The notes: generated by a model from the sequence alone, not told the origin. A stretch of DNA of 64,000 nucleotides from a virus (IMGVR_UViG_2875499822_000002:1-64000); one strand, 5' to 3'. Counted from the stretch's first letter, positions 8,867 through 19,201 are shown. Translations and numbers: made by a program.

Positions 8867-10807
8867 TCATTTCCCCAAGCACAAGAAGGTGTAGCCCACG
8901 ATGCCAGGTGGCACAGTGAGCGCGCCGCTGATCACTGTCCGCGCGTTTACATCAATGCCGGTCGTGGAGGCACCTTGACCGGTCATGGTCACGCCTGCCG
9001 ACGAGGTGCCGATGGAATACACCACCAGGCTCGAAGTGAACTCAAGCGGCAAGGTGATTCGTGCCATCCCTGCGCCAGCGTTGATCTGCCCGTTGGACCA
9101 CTGAATGATCAGGCCGCCCAACCAGGTCGGAAACACCATGTAGCCGCTGGAGTTGTACGAGAAGGCAAAGCCCCAACGCATTTTCTTGGGTGTTACCGCG
9201 ACCATATCCAGCGTACCGGTATCGACCTCGGCCTGGGTGCCCACACGCAGCACACCGTAAAGCACCTCAGTGGCCAACGCCGTCACGTTGCGGATCAGCT
9301 GCAGGGCCCGCAGCGGCGTCATCAACTTGGTGTCTAGCGCGCCCGCCTCGGCCTCGACCTGCGTGGCCTGGGCTCCCCGCAGCTTCTTTGGCGTTACCGC
9401 CGTGGCGTCATCCGTGCCGGTGGTGACCTGCGCCTGAGTGGAAACCTTGAGCCAACCAAACACTGTTTCCGTGGCCTGGGTGACCACCTTGGCAATCGCC
9501 TGAGCTACCCGCAGGGCTGACATCCATGCCGTCGACGAAACCCCCGCCTCGGCCTCGGCCTGGGTTGCCTGCACCATGTTGCCGGTGTGCAGCATCTCCA
9601 CCCAAGGCTCCCAGTCATCGGCCGACGATGTTGGCCAGGTCTTGTTCGCTGCTCGGTAGAAGAAACGGTTTTGATAGACCCGCTTCACCTCTTGGTGCGG
9701 GTAGACAAGGGCGCCACGAACAATCACATGGCTAGCCCCCAAAATGGGCGCGTTCGCCAATGGCTCGCCCGAGGTGTAGGCATACACGCCGTCTTGCAAC
9801 AGCGTATTCAGATTGGAGCCACCATCCAGCGGCAGCGGGGTGCCGACGCCATACTGGCCGAGCTTGACCGCGTCGACGATGCCATAACCGGCCAGCGTGG
9901 TTGGATTGGTCCCCCCGGTTACACGCCCGAGCTTATCGACGGTTACGCTCTTGAACGTCCCCACCGTTACGCCGGTGCGGCCGGTCACCGCCTCGAAGGT
10001 CAACGCCGTAACGCCCAGGGTAATCGGCGCATCGGTCACCAACTGCCAGACGCTATCGCCGTTGGCGGTGCCCTTTTCCACCGACACCATCAGGCCGGGG
10101 GTGACTTCCGCGCTCAGGTCGGCATCGGCGCTGCGACTCCAAGCCCCACCCGCCACTACCACATAAATGCCGTTGTCCTTTCCGGCGGTTTGGTCCTTCA
10201 CCAGCACCCGTGCGCCGGCAGTCAGCACCACACCGTCAACGGTTTGCAGCCCGCTCAAGGCGATGTTTGCGGTGGTGGCCACCACTACAGACTGCTTGAA
10301 GTCCAACTTAGCCAACTCGCCCTCAACCCATTCACGGGTAGCGAGCACCACGCTCGGGTCAATCTTGAGCTGTACGTTGCTGGAACTGCTGACGATCAGG
10401 TTCAGGCGCACTACCTGGGTACGTCCAGAGCCCTGGCTAAGCAGCGGCTTGAAGGTGGGCGGACAGTTGGCCACCGCCACCATGTCGCCATCGGCGTCGT
10501 ACAGGGCAATCTCGCGAATCCACTTACCGCCCACATCGGCCGGAATGATCTGCTCGGCAATGATTACCGCTGCATTGCTCGGGTCGACCTTGAGCTGATT
10601 CAGCGGCGCCCGGCGCCATTCATTGAGCAGTGCCGTTTGACTGGCCGTTGGCAGGGGCAGCGGCGGGCTCTCCAGGTTGTTCGGATTGCCGTCGCCTACG
10701 GCCATTTGCGAGAAGGTCCAGGGCACGCCCAGAGCATCCGCGTTAGCTTGCTTGGCGGCCCCGACGTTGGTCAGGATCGCGTAAAACTGTGAAGTCTGGT
10801 CAACCAT
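8867..10807 (-). CDS. Tail fiber protein
   Basis: True start MVDQTSQFYAILTNVG at 10807; P2 gpH-like N-terminus, internal ATQAE/TPKKL repeats, C-terminal GLIIQW domain. Confidence 0.92.
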   Translation of the reverse strand: MVDQTSQFYAILTNVGAAKQANADALGVPWTFSQMAVGDGNPNNLESPPLPLPTASQTALLNEWRRAPLNQLKVDPSNAAVIIAEQIIPADVGGKWIREIALYDADGDMVAVANCPPTFKPLLSQGSGRTQVVRLNLIVSSSSNVQLKIDPSVVLATREWVEGELAKLDFKQSVVVATTANIALSGLQTVDGVVLTAGARVLVKDQTAGKDNGIYVVVAGGAWSRSADADLSAEVTPGLMVSVEKGTANGDSVWQLVTDAPITLGVTALTFEAVTGRTGVTVGTFKSVTVDKLGRVTGGTNPTTLAGYGIVDAVKLGQYGVGTPLPLDGGSNLNTLLQDGVYAYTSGEPLANAPILGASHVIVRGALVYPHQEVKRVYQNRFFYRAANKTWPTSSADDWEPWVEMLHTGNMVQATQAEAEAGVSSTAWMSALRVAQAIAKVVTQATETVFGWLKVSTQAQVTTGTDDATAVTPKKLRGAQATQVEAEAGALDTKLMTPLRALQLIRNVTALATEVLYGVLRVGTQAEVDTGTLDMVAVTPKKMRWGFAFSYNSSGYMVFPTWLGGLIIQWSNGQINAGAGMARITLPLEFTSSLVVYSIGTSSAGVTMTGQGASTTGIDVNARTVISGALTVPPGIVGYTFLCLGK

Positions 10808-11411
10808 AGTTAACGTCCAGATAGTCAATGATGTGGTCACGGCCGCCACGGCCAATTTCGCCGGTGACCTCCAGGTCAACCGCTTCGGGCGGGTAAACGT
10901 CGAGTTCGTCGCCGTCGTATGCGGATGTGGCCAGGTACAGGGGGCCGGCAGTTTCCAGGCTGATCGCCAGGCCGACCATGTGCCGGCTGACTGGCCGGGC
11001 GTCATCGATCAGCGCGGTCAGTTCCTGGTAGGTTTCCTCGTCGATGCCTTCATCCGACACACCGACCTTGAGCGAGAAGGTACCCGGCACGCCCAGGGGC
11101 GCGGTCTGCCACCACTCGATTACCTCGATCAGGTAGCCAAACGGCTCGACCACGCGGCGCAGCGCGCCGATGGTCCCTTTGTGCTTATGGATGTAGAACG
11201 ACGACCGGATGACGGAGCGCTTGACCTCCTCGGCCCACTGGTCGTCCCAGCGGTCGACCGACCAGGCCCAGGCCAGCAGGTACAGCAGGTTGGCCGGGCA
11301 AGTGTCCGGGTTGTAGAGCGTGCGCAGCATGACGGCCAGGTCTTCGTCGGCTGCCACCTCTATGGCGGCCTCCAGCGGCGTTCGATTCAGAGGCAGCAGA
11401 CTGGCCATCAT
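10800..11411 (-). CDS. Tail protein I (P2 gpI-like)
   Basis: LAWAWSVDRW, HKHKGTIGALRR. Confidence 0.93.
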   Translation of the reverse strand: MMASLLPLNRTPLEAAIEVAADEDLAVMLRTLYNPDTCPANLLYLLAWAWSVDRWDDQWAEEVKRSVIRSSFYIHKHKGTIGALRRVVEPFGYLIEVIEWWQTAPLGVPGTFSLKVGVSDEGIDEETYQELTALIDDARPVSRHMVGLAISLETAGPLYLATSAYDGDELDVYPPEAVDLEVTGEIGRGGRDHIIDYLDVNYG

Positions 11412-12289
11412 TCACCCCACTCAACGGTGAACCCAGAGCACCAGGCTGCTTGCGCCTTGGTCGGTCGGATATCGGCCCACCCCTCCAGCTCGACGCGGCT
11501 GACCCCGTCGATATGCAACTGGGCATCAATGCCAGAGCGCGCCACCTCAATGCCCAGCCGACGGCGGGGGTTGATCCATGCTCCCAGGCGTGCCCGGCAC
11601 TGGGTCAGAATCGCCTCGCTTTCCGGGCCGCTGCCGGCCAGGTAAATCTTGGCGTCGATCCGATACGGCAGGATCTGCGCGCTTTGCACCGTCAGGCGGT
11701 CGGCTACCGGTCGAACGTCATCGTCGCTCAGGTACGCATCAACGGTCGCGAGCAGTTCGGCCGAGGCCGAGCCGTCACCATCCAGGGCCAGCACCGTTAC
11801 TTCCACCACTGCCGGCGATGGGCTCTCGGCTGTGGCGTCCGCGACCTGTCCGGAGGCGTTGCGCGCATGCAAGATGTAACTGTTACGCGGGCCGGCCGTG
11901 GTGAGCCCTTCGTAGACCAGCTGGACCCGCTCACGCAACGCGTCGTCTTCCTCCAGCACCTGGGACACCGGGGGCACCGCCGTCAAATCCTCGACCTGCA
12001 CCACGAGGCGCAACAGACTGACATTGGCCGCAAGTTGGTCCAGGTCGGTGCCCTTGGCGTAAGTCAGCATCAACGCCTTGGCCGCGTCGTTGATCCGCGA
12101 GCGGTTGAGCAGCTTGCGGTACGACCCAACTTCCAGCAGTTTGGTCACCGGGTCGCTCTCCAGGATCGCGCTCCAGTTATCGCCCATGTGAGCGCGAAAG
12201 GTCGCCAAGTCGGCCTGATACAGCGCCTCATAATCCAAGTCCTCCACTACCTGTGGCGCCGGAAGCTGGGAGAGATCGATAGCGCTCAT
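11408..12289 (-). CDS. Baseplate assembly protein J
   Basis: IDLSQLPAPQVVE, ESDPVTKLLE, TAGPRNSY. Confidence 0.94.
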   Translation of the reverse strand: MSAIDLSQLPAPQVVEDLDYEALYQADLATFRAHMGDNWSAILESDPVTKLLEVGSYRKLLNRSRINDAAKALMLTYAKGTDLDQLAANVSLLRLVVQVEDLTAVPPVSQVLEEDDALRERVQLVYEGLTTAGPRNSYILHARNASGQVADATAESPSPAVVEVTVLALDGDGSASAELLATVDAYLSDDDVRPVADRLTVQSAQILPYRIDAKIYLAGSGPESEAILTQCRARLGAWINPRRRLGIEVARSGIDAQLHIDGVSRVELEGWADIRPTKAQAAWCSGFTVEWGE

Positions 12290-12612
12290 GCACTCACCTC
12301 CATTACGACGCCGTCACCCACGTAGGTACCGGACAGCGACAGCGTGATTTGCCCGTCGAGCACCGCAACCATGCGCACGCGCTCCAGCTTCAGGCGCGGC
12401 TCCCAGCGCCCCAAGGCACGCGCCACCTCGGCCTGCACTGCGCTTTTCCAGCCCTCATTCACTGGCAGGTCGACGTAGCGGCGCAGGTTGCTGCCGTACT
12501 CCGGGCGCATGCGCCGGTGGCCGACCGGGGTTGTCAGGATGTCCTCGATGGACTGTTTCAGATGGGCCACGCCAGAAAGCGGCTGCCCGGTGCGACGATC
12601 CAGTCCGATCAT
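12286..12612 (-). CDS. Baseplate wedge gpW/gp25
   Basis: Start MIGLDRRTG; DILTTPVG.R.MRPEYGS, WEPRL. Confidence 0.93.
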   Translation of the reverse strand: MIGLDRRTGQPLSGVAHLKQSIEDILTTPVGHRRMRPEYGSNLRRYVDLPVNEGWKSAVQAEVARALGRWEPRLKLERVRMVAVLDGQITLSLSGTYVGDGVVMEVSA

Positions 12613-12616
12613 GGGC

Positions 12617-12853
12617 TTATTCCTGCAGCTGCTCGAAATCAGGACGCTTGCGTAGGAAGGCGATGGCGACCGCATCATCAGCCTGCACCGTCACTCGCGC
12701 TCGCTTAACCCGCAGCTCGCGCCAATCCCGCAAAAGCAGGATGCGCTCGCTGTACTCTTTATCGCGGAAGGTGATCGGCTTGGCCGGTACCAGTTCTGCG
12801 GCAATCACCTGCCCCGTCCCATCGGACGATGCCTCTTTTTCTGCTTTGGCCAT
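12617..12853 (-). CDS. Hypothetical phage protein
   Basis: 78 aa ORF with SD filling the gap between gpV and gpW. Confidence 0.7.
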   Translation of the reverse strand: MAKAEKEASSDGTGQVIAAELVPAKPITFRDKEYSERILLLRDWRELRVKRARVTVQADDAVAIAFLRKRPDFEQLQE

Positions 12854-12869
12854 GCTGCCTCCAGATACG

Positions 12870-12892
12870 AAAAAGCCCGCATTTGCGGGCTT
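12870..12892 (-). terminator. Intrinsic terminator-like hairpin
   Basis: AAGCCCGCAAATGCGGGCTTTTT on the minus strand after gpV. Confidence 0.65.
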
Positions 12893-12895
12893 GAT

Positions 12896-13456
12896 TCAGT
12901 GCTTGTGGTTGGCCGTGTTGCCGGCCGTGTCAATGATGCGGCCACCACCGTTGATGTCCCCTGTGACCTGTAGCGGCCCCACGATCTTGACGCTGCCGGT
13001 CAGCGTGATGCTCGTTGACTGAGCGGTGATAGCGTCGTCGGTAAGGACAGCCTTGGTCCCCCCTACCTCAATGGTCACAGTGCCGGATGGCACCTTGATG
13101 GTGTAACTGTTGGCCGCCCAGTCGTAGACCAGGGAGCCACCGTCATCGAAGCGCCAGACTTCAACGTGATCGCGGTTATCAGGCTGGTCGCCGGCGTTGC
13201 CATAAAGGCCCGGCACGAAGGTGCCCTGCGCCGGCTCACCGCTTGGGCTGACCAACAGGCCCTGCTCGCCCAGACTGGGCGCCCGCCAGTGGCGAGCCTT
13301 GCCGGCGGCCTGGGCGTGCCACCGAACCCAGGCGCTGGTCCAGTTGCCGCCATCCGAGACACGAACGCGAGCAACCGACAGGTCGACGGCGACCACCGTG
13401 CAGGGGATCACTACGGAGGCCAGCATGCGGTCGTGCTGGGCTGACGCGTAGCTCAT
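12896..13456 (-). CDS. Baseplate spike protein V
   Basis: WRAPSLGEQ...SPSG; C-terminal HKH metal-binding tip. Confidence 0.93.
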   Translation of the reverse strand: MSYASAQHDRMLASVVIPCTVVAVDLSVARVRVSDGGNWTSAWVRWHAQAAGKARHWRAPSLGEQGLLVSPSGEPAQGTFVPGLYGNAGDQPDNRDHVEVWRFDDGGSLVYDWAANSYTIKVPSGTVTIEVGGTKAVLTDDAITAQSTSITLTGSVKIVGPLQVTGDINGGGRIIDTAGNTANHKH

Positions 13457-13986
13457 GCCATGTCCTCCGGCGACTGGTAGTGGTGCTCGCTACCAGGGCC
13501 AGTATCCGGACTGAAACCGAACACCAGATTGCCTGGGGGTTGATTAGGCCAGGGCCATTCCTCTTCGCCGAGGTAGATGGTCTGCACCCACTCGACGACC
13601 CACACGGCATAGCCATCCAGCTCTGGGCGAGTCCAATCCCGCTCCGCACGCACAAACTCGGCAAGCTCGACGGCCAAGCCCCAGGACTGCATCCGCAGCA
13701 GCACCGCCAGCTGCGCGGCGACGAATGCCGCCACCTGTAGGCAGTTCGCCTCCTCTTGACCCACGATCACACGGGCCTCAAAGCGCCCCTCCACCGCAAC
13801 CTGCCCGGTGCCAGGGTCCTTGTCCGCTGCCTCAAACCCCGCCAGCTCAATCACCACTGCCGGCGGCGGGATCGTCCGGATGCCTTCCGGCATGGTCCCG
13901 ACATAGGCCAGGCCAGGGATCGCGTCCCTGATGTGCTCCTCAATGGCAGCAAACACTTGCCCGAGAGTTATCGGATCGTCATCCAT
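13453..13986 (-). CDS. Tail terminator/completion-like protein
   Basis: Position between neck and baseplate genes; similar to the first structural gene of R-pyocin clusters. Confidence 0.65.
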   Translation of the reverse strand: MDDDPITLGQVFAAIEEHIRDAIPGLAYVGTMPEGIRTIPPPAVVIELAGFEAADKDPGTGQVAVEGRFEARVIVGQEEANCLQVAAFVAAQLAVLLRMQSWGLAVELAEFVRAERDWTRPELDGYAVWVVEWVQTIYLGEEEWPWPNQPPGNLVFGFSPDTGPGSEHHYQSPEDMA

Positions 13987-14641
13987 TGCCCGACCTCCGC
14001 AAATACTTCTGCAACTCGAAGTTCATTTCCTGCTCCATCACTACCTGCAGGCGCTCATGCGCCTGACTGGTCCACTTCTCGAAGTGCACGCGGGTGTCAT
14101 CCAGCGAGATCTTCGCCTTGGCCAAGGGGAAGCGGCTGTCGTTCTCCGAGATCCAACCGGAGCTGCGACCTCCGCTGCCTGACACCTGGCTGTCGGGGTA
14201 GTCCTTCGCATCGAAGTGCTTGCTGGCCGTGCGAATCCAGATGTCTGGGCTGCCGCCGTAGACTCGCTTGAAGAAAGCGCCTTCGTAGCGACGCCCGGCC
14301 ACCGACACGCCCGAGCGGCTTTGTCGCGGCCGGCCAGCCCTGCTGGCTTCGATTGGGTTGATACCGAACCACAAGCGCCCCACCCCATTGCTGGAGACCG
14401 GGAACGCCTTGAGGCGCTGTCGTACTGCGGCGATTGCGATGCGCTCTTGTCTACCTACATCGCGGGCGATGTGCGTGCGAAGCCAGCGAAGAACCTTGTT
14501 GATGGCTCGCCGCTGCGCCGCAGTAACCGCCTGGGGGAACAGTTGCGCGAAGTCCTGAAAGGCCTTCATGTCCTGCGGGTCGACCCGCAGCGAGATCATG
14601 CCGCCAAGGGCCGACTGCTTGTGGTAGCTGCCAACGCTCAT
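13979..14641 (-). CDS. Minor tail/neck protein (lambda gpZ-like)
   Basis: Basic protein AQRRAINK... in the neck region. Confidence 0.65.
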   Translation of the reverse strand: MSVGSYHKQSALGGMISLRVDPQDMKAFQDFAQLFPQAVTAAQRRAINKVLRWLRTHIARDVGRQERIAIAAVRQRLKAFPVSSNGVGRLWFGINPIEASRAGRPRQSRSGVSVAGRRYEGAFFKRVYGGSPDIWIRTASKHFDAKDYPDSQVSGSGGRSSGWISENDSRFPLAKAKISLDDTRVHFEKWTSQAHERLQVVMEQEMNFELQKYLRRSGNG

Positions 14642-14952
14642 GGTGCCTTCCTCAGCACAAGCGCGACCAGGCCATCACCGCCCGGTTCGCTCGCCACGAT
14701 GGTGTAGTTCCCACCGCCATCCTCAGGCGGCAAATCGATGAACACCTTCTGCCTGGTCTCGACCCCAGCGTTGTCGCCAACGCGGATCACCAGGTGCGGT
14801 TCCCGCAGGGCCGTTCGGATCTGGCCGAGCTTGGGCTGGAGCCAGGGCGCGGAGAACATGCCCTGCACCTCGCGCCCCTCGATCAGAGCGCGATCACCCA
14901 GGACATCGAACACCGTGTCATCCATTTCGTCGATCAGGTCCCGAAAGGCCAT
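14638..14952 (-). CDS. Head-tail joining protein
   Basis: 104 aa directly after the capsid gene. Confidence 0.7.
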   Translation of the reverse strand: MAFRDLIDEMDDTVFDVLGDRALIEGREVQGMFSAPWLQPKLGQIRTALREPHLVIRVGDNAGVETRQKVFIDLPPEDGGGNYTIVASEPGGDGLVALVLRKAP

Positions 14953-14954
14953 GA

Positions 14955-15950
14955 TCAGAGCGTCAGGCGCAGGACAGCACGGGGACGGGTGCAGAGGTGC
15001 AGCGGGTTGGACTGCGCCTCACCATCGATACCCTTTCCGAAAGGCATTTCCTCGATCTTGCTGTAGTACGGCAGGCCCTCGGTATTGACGGTCTCGATGT
15101 AGTCCGCCGGCGCGTAGATCGACAGGAACAGATCCGAGACACCCTCTGGGACCAGGCGGGCTTCGTCATCGGAGACATAGGCCTTACCGCCGACTTTGCC
15201 GCGATAGCGTTCCCAGCTGATGCCGCCGAACTCGAAACCCTCTCGCCCATCACCCCGCAGGGCTGCGGCTTGCTGGCTGCCCTTGTAGGTCTCGACCACC
15301 GAAGGGTGAGCGATCAGCTTCTTCCAGAACGTTTTGCCACAGAACGCGCGCGCACCGGTGGTGGTGACATTACCGAGCGCGTCCTCCTGCATATCCAACG
15401 CGTCAACGCACTGAACCTGAACGTTGGTGTTCGGATCGTTGAGCCCCATCGACAGTGTCTGCCGGGACACACCAAAGGTTTTGTAGATGTCGAGCAGTAC
15501 CGACGAGCCGTCGGCGTCGAGCACCTGGCCATTGACGGCCCCCATGCGGTGATACTCGTGGGTGGCATCCAGCTGGCTCCGGGCCTTGCCCAGGCGCTTG
15601 TTCACTACCGCCTGAACGGCCTGCAGCTCGGTGGTGGAACCGAACGCTCGAATGCCCTGGATCTCGTCAGCCTTGATCGAGAAACGCTGCGGCAGGTGAA
15701 TGGTGTTGAAGGGGATGAGCTTGCGCTTGCTACCACCGACCACCAAGCCGGAGGTTCCGCGCTCACCCGCTGGCACCAGGGCGAGGGTATCGCCGTCCTT
15801 TTCGATCTGAACGGTCAGGGTCGGGACGCCCTCTTCGCGAAACAAGCCGAGGGCTGCCAGGCGGCCCGGCACGTACTCCTGCTCGTTGATGGCCGCAGTC
15901 AGGGCTGCAACGCTGAAGGCATCATCTTGAAAAATGGCAATCTCAGCCAT
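14955..15950 (-). CDS. Major capsid protein (lambda gpE family)
   Basis: LTAAIN, THEYHRMGA, QSNPLHLCTRP. Confidence 0.94.
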   Translation of the reverse strand: MAEIAIFQDDAFSVAALTAAINEQEYVPGRLAALGLFREEGVPTLTVQIEKDGDTLALVPAGERGTSGLVVGGSKRKLIPFNTIHLPQRFSIKADEIQGIRAFGSTTELQAVQAVVNKRLGKARSQLDATHEYHRMGAVNGQVLDADGSSVLLDIYKTFGVSRQTLSMGLNDPNTNVQVQCVDALDMQEDALGNVTTTGARAFCGKTFWKKLIAHPSVVETYKGSQQAAALRGDGREGFEFGGISWERYRGKVGGKAYVSDDEARLVPEGVSDLFLSIYAPADYIETVNTEGLPYYSKIEEMPFGKGIDGEAQSNPLHLCTRPRAVLRLTL

Positions 15951-16012
15951 GGGGTACTCCAGAAAGTAAGAACCCCGCTCGAGGCGGGGTTGGGAGATAA
16001 GAAAGGGTCAGG

Positions 16013-16360
16013 TCAACGCAGGATGATGAAGTTCGCCGCCAGGGACTTTTCCGCATCGCCGTCCAGGCCCGTCAGCAATGCCTCGGTGACCTCGGCCAGG
16101 CGCACCACCGCGCGCCCGCGCCGCGATACGTCCGACTCACCGAGCGGGGCGAAGAGGATGCAGACAGCGTTCTCGCTGCCGTCCTCAGCCGCTGGGTTGT
16201 AAGGTGCGAACTCACCACTCGCAGTGACCAGGCCGAGCAATTGGCCTGCAACCAGGGCCGGGCCGGCCACGATGTTGATGGCTTCGCGGGAGATCTTCCC
16301 CGCACCTTCAGAAAGCAGAAACTCACCGGCGTGGACCGGTTCCTCTTGGATGGTGCTCAT
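16013..16360 (-). CDS. Head decoration protein
   Basis: EFLLSEG...SRE, YNPAAEDGSE; lies between protease and capsid genes. Confidence 0.88.
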   Translation of the reverse strand: MSTIQEEPVHAGEFLLSEGAGKISREAINIVAGPALVAGQLLGLVTASGEFAPYNPAAEDGSENAVCILFAPLGESDVSRRGRAVVRLAEVTEALLTGLDGDAEKSLAANFIILR

Positions 16361-17514
16361 GCTCGTGCTCCTTTGGTGGCGGCCTGCCGGCGGGCAGCCC
16401 AGATGTCGGTTGGGTTGGGGAGTTGCGCCTTGACCGTCTCTTGTTCGTCGTCAGCCGGCGGCAAACTGTTGTCGATCTCAAAGCCCTTGCCGGAGCTGAC
16501 CAATTTCTCGAACAGCCGGGCCCGCACCGCATCGGGCTCCAGGCCGGCCTTCACGTATTCAGCGGTCAGCTCGGGCAGCCGGGCAGCGGCACAGAGATCG
16601 TGAATGCCCTTGGCGCGCTTCAGCGCGGCCTGCACCGTGGCCTGGTCAGTCAGCTTGGTGGAAACGATCAGCGGCTCGACCAGGTTGCTGATTCCCGCCT
16701 TGGCGCAGTCCTGGGTGATCATCAAGGCCAACGCGGTAGAGTCGCCGGGCCCAGCAGCCGGTGGCTCTGGTGGGGTTGCCGGCTCCTCATCTGATGACGG
16801 CGGCTGCTCGGCTAGCTGATCCAGCAGCGCCTTGGGCGTCTGGCGGTACCGCTTCATCGCGGCGCCCTGGCCCAGACACGCCTTGACCTCGACCCCGTTG
16901 CCTACTTCATCGGCCAGCCCCAGCGCAAGGGCCTCTTGCGCGGTCAACCAGGTCTCGTCGTTGACCATGCGCCGCAGTTCGGCATCATCAATGCCCGGCG
17001 CCTTGGCCTTGTAAGCAGCGATGATCGCCTCGAAGGTCTGGTCGAGAACGTCAGCAACCCGGCGCAAGTCTTCGGCATCACCGCTGGTCCATGTCCACGG
17101 GTTGTGCACCATCAGCATCGCGTTTGAAGCCATCACCAGGCGGTGCGCACCACATGCAGCCACACTACCCGCGCTGGCTGCCAAGGCATCAACACGGGCA
17201 GTACAGCGCTCACCTAGTCGGTTCAGCGCGTTATGAATGGCCAGGCCGTCGAACAGATCGCCTCCGATGGTGTTGAACGCCACCACCACCGGGGAAACAC
17301 CATCATCAATCGCCTTCAAATCCTGAATGAACTCGTTCGCGGTGATGCCCCAGCCCCCGATTTCACCATAGATGTAGATCTCGATGGGCGTGGCGTCGGC
17401 CTTAGCAGCGTCCTGCCCCTCAGCCGCCGCGCTGATCTTGTACCAGTGTTGGTCTTCGACCTGCGGCACCGACGGCGCCTTGTTGAAGATGCGGAACGGC
17501 ATCAGCTCTTTCAT
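16357..17514 (-). CDS. ClpP-type head maturation protease/scaffold
   Basis: IYGEIG, GGDLFDG, LAASAGS, MVHNPW, ETWLTAQEA. Confidence 0.93.
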   Translation of the reverse strand: MKELMPFRIFNKAPSVPQVEDQHWYKISAAAEGQDAAKADATPIEIYIYGEIGGWGITANEFIQDLKAIDDGVSPVVVAFNTIGGDLFDGLAIHNALNRLGERCTARVDALAASAGSVAACGAHRLVMASNAMLMVHNPWTWTSGDAEDLRRVADVLDQTFEAIIAAYKAKAPGIDDAELRRMVNDETWLTAQEALALGLADEVGNGVEVKACLGQGAAMKRYRQTPKALLDQLAEQPPSSDEEPATPPEPPAAGPGDSTALALMITQDCAKAGISNLVEPLIVSTKLTDQATVQAALKRAKGIHDLCAAARLPELTAEYVKAGLEPDAVRARLFEKLVSSGKGFEIDNSLPPADDEQETVKAQLPNPTDIWAARRQAATKGARA

Positions 17515-18998
17515 TTCTTCCCCTTGTCACCGGACTCATCAGGGTCATCCTCGACGGCCGGCAAGCTGCTGTAGTTGAGGCCTAGGGCTTTCGCCCGGGC
17601 GATATCGGCGGCGTTCTCTTCGTCGACCACCTCCGCATCCGTTCCATTGCGCAGGCAGACCTCGCTGCGCGACGCGAAGCCTGCGGCGATCTCCATGCTG
17701 CGCGACTGAACGTCTTGCACAGGGTGGATGTAGGCCCATCCCTGCGGTACCCAACGGGTGCGCTGATATTCTCGACGTCGCTGTGCGTAGTCCGGCAGGT
17801 CAAGCGCACCTGCGAGCACGGCCATGTCCAGCCAGGCTTTGCGCACTGGTCGACACAGTTGGTGGACGTACACCTGGAACTGGAGCTGCTCCAGCCGCCG
17901 GCGGAACTCCGTCAGCACCACGCGAATTGCCCTGTCGTTCACGCCCTGCATGTCGCCGGTCATGAGTTCGTAGGGCAGCCCCGACCCGGCGGCGGCCATC
18001 AGCTGCTGCCGCATGAAGTCGGGGTAGTTGTTGCCGGCGTCCGGCGGGTCCGAAAACTCGACCTGCTCACCTGGCAGCAGCTCCTGCATGGTGCCCGGCT
18101 CCAAACCCACCATAGGGGTGAAGCCGTCGCGGTCATACTTGACCGGCGCCCCGGTAAGCGGGTCGAGTTGCGGCGGGCCGTCTGGCGATGGCTTGCGAAC
18201 GAAGCCGGCAAACAGGTTGGCCACTTCTTGGCGGAACAACACCGCGTCGTCGAAGTTGTCCAGACTGCGCAGGCGTTTCAGGACGGGCGCCAAGCGCGGA
18301 ACACCGCGCAGTTGGCCAGGCTCCAGGGGCTCAAACACGTGCAGCATCTGCTCCGCCGGGATCCGCACCAGCTGGTTGTAGCCCACATTGAGCGAGGACT
18401 TGTCGCTGGGGTGGTTGCGATAGCACCAGTAAGCCACCCGACGGCCCATGGCGTTGAACTCGATGCCGGCCCGAATGACGTTGCCAAAACGGGTCATTTC
18501 GAACTTGTCATGCGGAACAAACTCCGGTGATAGGCACTGCAACTGCAGCGGCACCGCGTAACCATCCTCCAGCCGGCGCGGCCGCAGGCGAATGAAGCAT
18601 TCGCCCGATTGCTCTACCGTGCGCGCCACTAGCGCCTGCAAGCCGTAGAAGTCCGTGAGCTGATCGGCATCAGCCTCATCCACCCAGTCCTCCCACAACT
18701 CTTGCATCACCTTGCGGATCGCTTTGTCGAGCAATCGCGGGTGCGGCGTGATGCCGGTACCGATCAGGTTGCTGACGCGCTTGTCGATGACGTTAGCCGC
18801 GTAGGGATCATTGCGCACCGCGCTGCGGGAGCGGGAACGCAGGTTGCGCAAGGCCGGCATGATCAAGCTGTTCACGCCGGTGTCCGGCGCATCCCAGTTC
18901 GATGAGCGCCGTCCCTCGGCGGCGCCTTCGTAGCTGGCCTTGATCCGTTCGGGCACCAAGATGCCCGAGCGACCGAGAGTCAGGTAGCGTCCGCTCAC
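17511..18998 (-). CDS. Portal protein, lambda family
   Basis: SYEGA, LRSRSR, QLRGVP, GWAYIHP. Confidence 0.95.
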   Translation of the reverse strand: MSGRYLTLGRSGILVPERIKASYEGAAEGRRSSNWDAPDTGVNSLIMPALRNLRSRSRSAVRNDPYAANVIDKRVSNLIGTGITPHPRLLDKAIRKVMQELWEDWVDEADADQLTDFYGLQALVARTVEQSGECFIRLRPRRLEDGYAVPLQLQCLSPEFVPHDKFEMTRFGNVIRAGIEFNAMGRRVAYWCYRNHPSDKSSLNVGYNQLVRIPAEQMLHVFEPLEPGQLRGVPRLAPVLKRLRSLDNFDDAVLFRQEVANLFAGFVRKPSPDGPPQLDPLTGAPVKYDRDGFTPMVGLEPGTMQELLPGEQVEFSDPPDAGNNYPDFMRQQLMAAAGSGLPYELMTGDMQGVNDRAIRVVLTEFRRRLEQLQFQVYVHQLCRPVRKAWLDMAVLAGALDLPDYAQRRREYQRTRWVPQGWAYIHPVQDVQSRSMEIAAGFASRSEVCLRNGTDAEVVDEENAADIARAKALGLNYSSLPAVEDDPDESGDKGKK

Positions 18999-19201
18999 AG
19001 CCCTTTGCCTCCGTGGAATACCCGTACTACGCGCGAGCGCGGCCCGGCGGCGTTCGCCAGCTCAGTGCGGATCAGGTCGCGAGCCTTGATTAACTCGTCG
19101 ACCGTTCGATACTCGACGGTGCGGTCCGAGTAGCGAACGATCTTTTCACCGCGCGCAATCGCCCGCTCGACAGCGTCGAGGTGTGCTTTTGTATACGCCA
19201 T
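18995..19201 (-). CDS. gpW-like head-tail joining protein
   Basis: AIARGEKIVRYSDRTVEYR; directly upstream of the portal. Confidence 0.88.
   Translation of the reverse strand: MAYTKAHLDAVERAIARGEKIVRYSDRTVEYRTVDELIKARDLIRTELANAAGPRSRVVRVFHGGKGL

Noticed and set aside
8867-10807. Tail fiber diversification by DGR or invertase
   Set aside because: No reverse transcriptase, template/variable repeat pair or invertase seen; the internal repeats are ordinary fiber repeats
10808-11005. 66-aa N-terminal extension of the tail fiber in the ORF track
   Set aside because: Overlaps gpI; the conserved fiber N-terminus begins at ATG 10807
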